Positions 1 to 6,760 of a stretch of DNA of 7,029 bases are shown here, piece by piece. Positions within the stretch are counted from its first letter, which is position 1; the number at the start of each line of letters is the position of its first letter. The position numbers and the translations under genes were made by a program. Below the pieces are notes generated by a model that searched no databases, was not told the origin of the DNA, and saw nothing but the letters and a program-made list of their open reading frames with translations. This DNA is from Octopus sinensis (lineage: Eukaryota): NCBI RefSeq assembly GCF_006345805.1, contig NW_021829059.1, forward strand, positions 1-7,029, given 5' to 3'.

Positions 1-453
1 CGACAAGAAGCACCTGTAACTTCTGAATAGAGATACCTGCAGCTAGAAGAAAACAGAATGCTTGAAGCGAATCAGCGATACTAAGAAGCACCTATAACAC
101 TAGAATAGAGGTACCAATGACTGGAAGGGATCAGAATGCTTGACGCGAATTAGTGACGACAAGAAGCACCTGTAACTTCTGAATAGAGATACCTGCAGCT
201 AGAAGAAAACAGAATGCTTGAAGCGAATCAGCGATACTAAAAAGCACCTATAACACTAGAATAGAGGTACCAATGACTGGAAGGGATCAGAATGCTTGAC
301 GCGAATTAGTGACGACGAGAAGCAGCAGAAAACCAGAATAGGGATACCTAAACGCTTGGGATAAAACAGAATACTATAAAGGAAGGATCAGAATAAAGTT
401 ACCAAAGACTTGAAGACCAAGGAGTGCATGGAACGAATTGTCATCAGTAAGAA
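1..453. repeat. Tandem minisatellite/satellite with 78-bp monomers arranged as a 156-bp higher-order (AB)n dimer, degenerating at its right edge and probably continuing left of the window
   Basis: 1-156 and 157-312 are identical except for one base (g85 vs a241). Each 156-mer splits into two related 78-mers (cgacaagaagcacct... at 1, tactaagaagcacct... at 79). Diverged monomers follow at 313-~390 and ~391-453; gaataaagttaccaaagacttgaag aligns with gaatagaggtaccaatgactggaag. Stop codons occur in all six frames. Confidence 0.93.
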
Positions 454-803
454 TCTGAGTTTGGGCAGTGACAGCGCCATCAAGTAGACCACATATGACA
501 TACCAAAGAATAACACCGCTCACCTAAGAACAGTAAGTAAATGAACACTCTTTACTATCATTTAACTTATTGTCAGGAATCTAATAAGATTGTGTCCACC
601 GAATCCATCTCAAAATTATGTTCTAAGTGAGAAGCAAAAATTGGGAGAAAGATACAACTGTAATGTGTTGGTCGGGTGATGTACTATTAAACTCTTATAC
701 GTTGAATGGCAGAAAAGAGTATTACGACAAATGCACATTTTAATTGTAGTAAAAAGAAAAATTCTATTCTAAGGAACTCAGTAATTGATTTTATCAGTTA
801 CAC

Positions 804-989
804 CTTCCCCTGTCAAATCTGAGATCATCAAATCCCAAATGGCGTATGGTCCTTGTGATGGATAAAATACAAAAGCCCTTCTGTAAAATACGACAAACGC
901 ATCAACGAATATCCCTTTACAAAATGGATTATTCTTATATCGATAAAATAAGCCGGAAGTGGCTGGATTCGAGATCATAATATCAGAAG
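804..989 (-). CDS. Possible internal coding exon (phase 1-1, 186 nt) with a hemopexin/vitronectin-like blade motif; unverified
   Basis: On the minus strand an acceptor-like gttaatctctttttag (AG at 991-990) precedes the only open frame, xSDIMISNPATSGLFYRYKNNPFCKGIFVDAFVVFYRRAFVFYPSQGPYAIWDLMISDLTGE. The candidate donor AAG|GTGTAA (GT at 803-802) is weak. CKGIFVDAF...AFVF...Y..W resembles the C-x-G-x3-DAF...F-x-F start of hemopexin repeats. It lies inside supplied ORF 778-1038. Confidence 0.25.
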
Positions 990-1164
990 CTAAAAAGAGA
1001 TTAACATACAAAACAGATAGGATTTTCCATTTTGTCATTTGTTTTCAAAAGAATTTAAAAGGGGGTAAGGACCCCCTTCGGTCATGAGTGACCATGGGAT
1101 TGCACCTAGAAAGTTACCCTCCTAGACACAAGTCCGGGCAAGGTTGTTTATGGAAGACCAGCAG

Positions 1165-1178
1165 TCGCCCATGCATAC
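1165..1178 (+). repeat. Target-site duplication, left copy (tcgcccatgcatac); right copy at 1403-1416
   Basis: Exact 14-bp direct repeat at 1165-1178 and 1403-1416 bracketing the inner SINE. Confidence 0.92.
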
Positions 1179-1407
1179 TTATTTCTTTGTTACCCACAAG
1201 GGGCTAAACATAGAGGGAACAAACAAGGACAGACATAGGTATTAAGTCGATTAAATCGTCCCCAGTGCGTAACTGGTACTTTATTTATCGACCCCGAAAG
1301 GATGAAAGGCAAAATCGACCTCAGCGGAATTTGAACTCAGAACGTAACGACAGACGAAATACCGCGAAGCATTTCGCCCGGCGCGCTAACGTTTCTGCCA
1401 GCTCGCC
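1179..1407 (-). mobile_element. tRNA-derived SINE (probable Meta/MESC-domain type) nested in the CORE-SINE
   Basis: The minus strand begins GGCGAGCTGGCAGAAACGTTAG (A-box-like TGGCAGAAACG, 1400-1390), with B box GAGTTCAAATTCC (1338-1326). The central GCCTTTCATCCTTTCGGGGTCGATAAATAAAGTACCAG (within 1320-1273) resembles, from memory, the Meta domain. It ends in ...GTAACAAAGAAATAA and is flanked by a 14-bp direct repeat. Confidence 0.9.
1326..1400 (-). promoter_or_regulatory. Internal RNA Pol III promoter (A-like and B boxes) of the inner SINE
   Basis: TGGCAGAAACG (A-like) and GAGTTCAAATTCC (B-like, GTTCRA core). Confidence 0.65.
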
Positions 1408-1577
1408 CATGCATACCAGCCTCCCCTCTCCACTCCACTAGTGTTATCCAAGGGAAAGACAAAGGTCGATACAGCTTGGCACCAGTGACGTCGCAACTCA
1501 TTTCTACAGCTGAGTGAACTGGAGCAACGTGAAAAAATAAAGTGCCTTGCTCAAGAACACAACACGCAGCCCGGTCC

Positions 1578-1633
1578 GGGATTCGAGCTCACAACCTCAC
1601 GATCGTAAGCTCGACGCTCTAACCACTGAGCCA
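1578..1633 (-). promoter_or_regulatory. Internal RNA Pol III type-2 promoter (A and B boxes) of the outer SINE
   Basis: A box TGGCTCAGTGG matches TRGCNNAGYGG. B box GAGCTCGAATCCC has one change (GCTCGA vs GTTCGA). Spacing is tRNA-like. Confidence 0.75.
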
Positions 1634-1883
1634 TAACGCTCACATTAAATGATAATTCCGTCCTTTAGTAGGATTTACGAAGTGTGTTTGCAAATAATCA
1701 TTAAATGCGGAAGTATAGTGACAATAGAAGACTTTATGCTTGTCAGTAACTGGCTGTCGTTGATGAAGTCTGCCAGAAGATAATATAGGACATTGCTTAT
1801 GAAGAAGCTTTACTATAATTTGAGCAAATTACTTTATAATGTTAATTTACTAAAGCGTTAATTCAATAAGTCAGACAATAACG

Positions 1884-2166
1884 TATATACACACACATTC
1901 ACATACACACACATGTACCTATGTGTGTAGGTATGTGTGTATGTGTGTATGTGTGTATGTGCGTATGTATATATATATATATGTGTCTTAACTATCTAGC
2001 TATCTATTTATCTCACTCTTTCTCTCTGCCCCCCTATTATATACATATATTATATACATACTCACATATATATATATATATATATATAATATTACATACT
2101 CACATATTATAATATATATATATATAGCTACATACATATATATATGTGTGTGTGTGTATGTGTGTG
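1884..2166. repeat. Compound microsatellite: (CA)n, (TG/TATG)n, (TA)n, short TATC/TC
   Basis: Direct reading; explains ORF 1921-2112. Confidence 0.95.
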
Positions 2167-2288
2167 GATATAAATTTGGTTGAGCAAAAAAGAAATATAT
2201 AAGAATATCTAAGACTATATAGGTTTCCTAATTTCAACTAATAATTGAATAGCGACTAATAACACCGAAATGAATATCAATTTGACTG

Positions 2289-2365
2289 ACATACACACAT
2301 ATACGTATACACACAGACACTCAACACCCACCCCTCTCACACACACCACACACAAACACGAACAC

Positions 2366-2404
<39 letters not shown>
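2289..2404. repeat. (CA)n-rich tract followed by (TA)n adjoining the SINE tail
   Basis: Direct reading; (TA)n at about 2367-2404 abuts the SINE 3' end. Confidence 0.95.
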
Positions 2405-2411
<7 letters not shown>

Positions 2412-2650
2412 ATCACGTGACCGACCAATCCATCAGATGTAGTTATACATCGCTGGTCACAATGCGCTTCACATTGTTTTAGCCTTCGAATGACGCTAAG
2501 CGAGCAGGCCAACAGAAGAAAGAGTGGGAGAAAGAGTGGTGAAAGTGTACAGTAGGGATCACCACCCCCTGCCGGAGCCTCGTGGAGCTTTTAGGTGTTT
2601 TCGCTCAATAAACACTCACAATGCCCGGTCTGGGAATCGAAACCGCGATC
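2405..2650 (-). mobile_element. tRNA-derived SINE of a third family, 5'-truncated (A box missing), with an (ATCACGTG)n tail
   Basis: The minus strand starts GATCGCGGTTTCGATTCCCAGACCGGGC, with B box GGTTTCGATTCCC at 2644-2632 followed by the same CCGGGC as in the outer SINE head. It ends GGTCGGTCACGTGATCACGTGA then (TA)n. The body resembles an abundant Octopus SINE (from memory). Confidence 0.82.
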
Positions 2651-3200
2651 ACTTTTTAATCCGAGGGGAAGCAATGTGAGCAACAACTACAAGAACACAA
2701 CAAAATTCACAGAAAGATCAAACACATACATATGTGTGAGCAGCGATCTTTGGCCGTGGCAGAGAAAGATCAGGTGAGATTCACATGGGATATGCCGACA
2801 GACACAAAACATGAAGCGACAACATAACTGTCCAGATATCAATCTCCCGCTGGAGGAATCCAAAGAATGGACCCGCATCGACGTAGCTCTGTACCTGCAA
2901 ACCAAAATACTGTTGAGACAGTATTCTGTTTTATCCCAAAATGGAGGAAAGTACCATCACTTAGGACCGGAAGGGCCTCAAAAGTGAGTGTGATCATTTG
3001 TGATCGGCGCACATGAAATCATCTCAAACGGAGGAATATTCTGGCATCAAAAGCTGCAAATAGCAAACTTCTTAGAGAGTATTCAGTTGGCAGCAATACT
3101 CGAAAGGGTTCATATTTTGAGAAAACAACTGCGTCTCTAAGCTGCGGGATGGAGCTGAGACGCAACATAGACAAATCAGAATTTAAAGAATAAATAATAA
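2651..3200 (+). mobile_element. Decayed 3' fragment of an R4/Dong-like non-LTR retrotransposon (RLE domain, stop codon, 3' UTR), frameshifted
   Basis: Joined frames give VAEKDQVRFTWDMPTD (2756-2803), HNCPDI...KEWTRIDVA (2823-2888), VPANQN (2891-2908), KYHHL, RASKVSVI, and VIGAHEIISNGGIFWHQKLQIANFLESIQLAAILERVHILRKQLRL* (3000-3140). This matches the R4/Dong pattern W-D...NRPDI...IDVAVP...KY..L...VIGALG...HILRK.L*. The short 3' UTR ends aataaataataa. Homology in 2651-2750 is weak. Confidence 0.85.
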
Positions 3201-3211
3201 CTATTATTCTC

Positions 3212-3242
3212 GTTGTTGTTGTTATTATTATTATTATTGTTA

Positions 3243-3296
<54 letters not shown>

Positions 3297-3318
3297 CATT
3301 ATTATTATTATTATTATT
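3212..3318. repeat. (TTG)n/(TTA)n trinucleotide microsatellite
   Basis: Direct reading; explains the poly-N/I part of ORF 3019-3357. Confidence 0.97.
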
Positions 3319-3390
3319 CAGTTTAGACCTTGTTTCATACGTTCTGAATAATAGCAAAATTTTCTTTTCATAACTCCCAAGTTGTCCTGG

Positions 3391-3782
3391 TTGTTGTTTT
3401 TTTCTTCTTTCAAATTTGCTTCCATTTCTTGCCGAGTGTCTTCCCGACTCCTAGGGCAAAGAAACTCATAGTATATATTGGTAGGCCATTAAACCAAACT
3501 CAATAGTTCGTTCATTTTTAAAAAATTTTTTTTTTTAAAGTTAAATTAAAATACATGAGCAGCAACAGTACTCACATCGACAATGCTCTTCTCAATACGT
3601 GTGATGTACCAGTTAAGACAATCTTTTGCACTTCTTGCAGGGATGGTAAGCCAGGGATCATTCTCATATAATTTTCGGTTCCCTTCTTGATCATTCCTAG
3701 TGCTCCTACGATCACTGGTATTGTAACCGCCTTGAGATGCCACATTTTCTCAATTTCAATGAGTAGGTCTTTATATTTTCTG
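3391..3782 (-). mobile_element. 5'-truncated R4/Dong-like non-LTR retrotransposon of a second family: frame-intact RLE C-terminus plus 3' UTR
   Basis: An uninterrupted 69-codon frame (3781-3572) reads RKYKDLLIEIEKMWHLKAVTIPVIVGALGMIKKGTENYMRMIPGLPSLQEVQKIVLTGTSHVLRRALSM*, typical of the R4/Dong KY.DL..E...W......P.V.GALG...HVLR C-terminus. The 5' end joins directly to (TAA)n. The 3' UTR has a stem-loop (3425-3464) and an A-rich end near 3391, which could extend to 3319. Confidence 0.92.
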
Positions 3783-3810
3783 ATTATTATTATTATATTA
3801 TTATTATCAT
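3783..3810. repeat. (TTA)n tract, equivalent to (TAA)n on the minus strand, at the 5' junction of the Dong-like element
   Basis: Direct reading. Confidence 0.9.
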
Positions 3811-3951
3811 ACTATATGTTGTACTGTTTTGGGAGGACCAGTTTGATAATAAAAACACCCGCACGGTTTTATTGGCGAAATGACCCTCCCCTGATACAAC
3901 ATATATATTTTCTGCACACGATTTCCAAATTTCAATCACATTGCGAAGGAC

Positions 3952-3974
3952 TATATATATATACACACAAACAC

Positions 3975-4028
<54 letters not shown>

Positions 4029-4100
4029 TATATATATAGATATATATATATATTATATATATTATAACACATACATCATATATATATATATGTTATATAT

Positions 4101-4160
<60 letters not shown>

Positions 4161-4163
4161 TAT
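3952..4163. repeat. (TA)n-dominated compound microsatellite with CA/CATA
   Basis: Direct reading. Confidence 0.96.
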
Positions 4164-4348
4164 GTAATGTACGCATAGAAGGCGACGGTATATTTGTTTC
4201 GTGTAAACAATATAGTTATAATTTGTTATTGAACCAAGGTATTAAAAAAATTGTTAGATCGATACATTATAGATCTAGGTACGCTTTATTGGTAAGCAGT
4301 TTTTTTTTTCATGATAATTTTTTATTTACATTATTATGTGTTTGCTTC

Positions 4349-4429
4349 TATGCATATATACATACATATATATATATGCATATACAGATAAACCCATTGG
4401 CGGACGCCCACCTATATACATCAACATAT

Positions 4430-4480
<51 letters not shown>

Positions 4481-4631
4481 TCTGTGAAAGAGAGTATGCA
4501 TTCTGTACATATATGTGTGGTGTATTTATGTATGTTGTACGTATGTATGATATAGTGTGTGTGCATGTAAATATGTGTGTGTATATATGCGTGTGTATAT
4601 ACATGTGTATGTATATATATGTGTATGTATA

Positions 4632-4662
<31 letters not shown>

Positions 4663-4730
4663 CGTATGTGTGTATGTATATTTTTATGTAGATATATTTA
4701 TGAATATATATTATACACACACATTATATT

Positions 4731-4778
<48 letters not shown>

Positions 4779-4926
4779 TGTGTGTGTTGTGTGTGTGCGT
4801 ATGTGTGTATGTTATTTATTTATTTATATATATACACACACACATTATATTATATGTATGTATGTATATATATATTATATATATATATATAGGTATATTA
4901 TATATATATATATATATATAATATAT

Positions 4927-4972
<46 letters not shown>

Positions 4973-4984
4973 GGTGTGTGTATA
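4349..4984. repeat. Long compound (TA)n/(TG)n/(TATG)n microsatellite with internal duplication
   Basis: Direct reading; the source of many YI/CV ORFs. Confidence 0.95.
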
Positions 4985-5048
4985 ATCAAAGCTCTGCCTC
5001 AGTATGGTCGCAGTGCAATGACTGAAACGAACAAAAAGAATAATAAAA
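4985..5048 (+). mobile_element. Isolated SINE/LINE 3'-terminal remnant
   Basis: A non-repetitive island, ctctgcctcagtatggtcgcagtgcaatgactgaaacgaacaaaaagaataataaaa, with a CAGT/ACTG stem (5011-5024) and an A-rich aaagaata tail. It resembles, from memory, a common Octopus SINE 3' end. Confidence 0.55.
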
Positions 5049-5410
<362 letters not shown>

Positions 5411-5708
5411 AACATGAGAGTATTCGCGTGCCTGCAATCATGCCTGTACATTTATAACGAAAAATAAAATTAAATAAATTAAAATAATCGCACAAAAAAA
5501 AAAGAAATCAAAGATTTAAACCATATACAAACAAACAAAAAATTTACCGAAGTAAAATCTTGTATGTAGAAACAGTTAGATTCACATGAAAAAGTAATTA
5601 AATTTCCTGAATAGAAGTCGAAGAAAACAGAGAAAGGTAAACACGCCTAGCACATCCATTTGCAAGCTTCCATACTTATTCCATACGCCGAATGAAATAT
5701 GGAGTCTC

Positions 5709-5747
5709 TATACCGCCATTACATTTTCACAGATATACCGCCATTTT
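5709..5747 (+). promoter_or_regulatory. 12-bp direct repeat tataccgccatt (period 25); the second copy forms a YY1/Pho-type CCGCCATTTT motif
   Basis: Copies lie at 5709-5720 and 5734-5745. ccgccatttt at 5738-5747 matches the YY1 consensus CCGCCATNTT. Function is not demonstrated. Confidence 0.3.
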
Positions 5748-6041
5748 TACCTATTTTTCAATATGTCTTAAAATGTACTACATAAAACATTAGTTTGAAA
5801 ATCGGCAAATATCTTGAAAACTGATTTTAGAAATGTGAAGCTAGTGTAGGGAATGACATCCATTGTTTTCGTGAGGGCTTTTTTCCTGTCACTTTTATCT
5901 TTTTTTTTATCTCGGTTTCTCTTTTCCGCGGTTGAATATATTTTCTAAAGAAGAATTCAAATAATGGTGTGTAGGCGTGATAATCTCTTTTCTTTATCTT
6001 CGTTTTTTTTTTGTTATTACATTATATGTAACCCCACCCAA

Positions 6042-6065
6042 ACACACACACACACACACACACAC
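6042..6065. repeat. (AC)n microsatellite
   Basis: Direct reading. Confidence 0.97.
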
Positions 6066-6204
6066 GCACTTTATCTCTTTGTATTGCCCCCAACCCATCC
6101 TTCGCCCTGGTGTCAAATGAAAGTAATCCTTATTAATGTTGTTGTTGCTGTTGTTTACTTTTAATTTGCATGTTTGTTGCAATCACTTACCGAGACACAC
6201 CCAC

Positions 6205-6349
6205 ATTATTATTATCATTATTATATTATTATTATTATTATTATTAAAGAAATCATTATTATTATTATTATTATCATCATTATTATTATTATTATTATTA
6301 TCATCATTATCATTATTATTAGTATTATTATTATCATTATTATTATTAC

Positions 6350-6385
<36 letters not shown>

Positions 6386-6634
6386 AGAAATCATTATTAT
6401 TATTATTATTATCATCATCATTATTATTTTTATTATTATCATCATCATTATTATTATTATTATTATTATCATTATTATTATTGTTATTACTATTATTATT
6501 ATTATTAAATAAATCATTATTATTATTATTATTATTATTATCATTATTATATTATTATTGTTATTATTAAAGAAGTCATTAATATTATTATTATTATTAT
6601 TATTATTAAGAATCTTCATCATTATTATTATTAT
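6205..6634. repeat. Complex (TTA)n/(TCA)n array punctuated by aaagaaatc-type spacers
   Basis: Spacers start at 6246, 6384, 6507, 6569 and 6608; the source of the poly-L/I/N ORFs. Confidence 0.96.
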
Positions 6635-6678
6635 TAGTAGTAGTAGTAGTAGTAGTATTAGTATAGTAGTAGTAGTAT

Positions 6679-6711
<33 letters not shown>

Positions 6712-6760
6712 CATTTTTATTTTCATCATCATCATCATCGCTCGCTGCTGTTGTTGTTGC
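6635..6760. repeat. Successive trinucleotide tracts: (TAG)n 6635-6711, (TCA)n 6723-6739, (TGC/TGT)n 6744-6760
   Basis: Direct reading. Confidence 0.95.

Larger units (their letters stand above)
1059..1643 (-). mobile_element. tRNA-derived CORE-type SINE (octopus OR1/OR2-like), near full length, interrupted by a nested SINE
   Basis: The minus strand has A box TGGCTCAGTGG (1633-1623) and B box GAGCTCGAATCCC (1590-1578). Next comes GTGTTGTGTTCTTGAGCAAGGCACTT...CTCCAGTTCACTCAGCTGTAGAAATGAGT (1565-1496), which resembles the MIR/CORE domain. The body is continuous once 1179-1416 is removed (about 350 bp). The 3' end has two adjacent hairpins. Confidence 0.88.

Noticed and set aside
1-312. CRISPR-like or coding-repeat interpretation of the tandem array
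   Set aside because: There are no unique spacers, the context is eukaryotic, and all six frames contain stops.
376-523. Minus-strand open frame VSGVILWYVICGLLDGAVTAQ... after an acceptor-like ctgttcttag
   Set aside because: Its 3' half is a degenerate satellite monomer whose sister copies carry an in-frame stop; there is no independent support.
1578-1643. Functional tRNA gene
   Set aside because: The anticodon and acceptor stems do not pair properly and the sequence continues into a SINE body; it is a tRNA-derived head only.
1051-1650. Target-site duplication for the outer SINE
   Set aside because: Only about 5 nt (ttaaa) are shared between AT-rich flanks, which is not distinguishable from chance.
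1670-1790. Minus-strand acceptor tcttctggcag followed by two short open frames
   Set aside because: The donor is weak and neither peptide is recognisable.
2595-2905. ORFs 2595-2777 (+) and 2687-2905 (-), and a C2H2-like LQEHNKIH stretch
   Set aside because: These are off-frame or antisense readings of SINE and Dong remnants; the Cys spacing and linker do not fit a C2H2 finger.
3546-3743. Supplied ORF MASQGGYNTSD... (minus strand)
   Set aside because: This is the off-frame reading of the Dong-like C-terminus; the meaningful frame is 3781-3572.
5578-5732. Plus-strand donor AAG|GTAAAC and acceptor ttttcacag
   Set aside because: The putative upstream exon has stops in all three frames.
6185-6191. 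Minus-strand consensus donor G|GTAAGT
   Set aside because: The upstream sequence is microsatellite with no plausible exon or acceptor.
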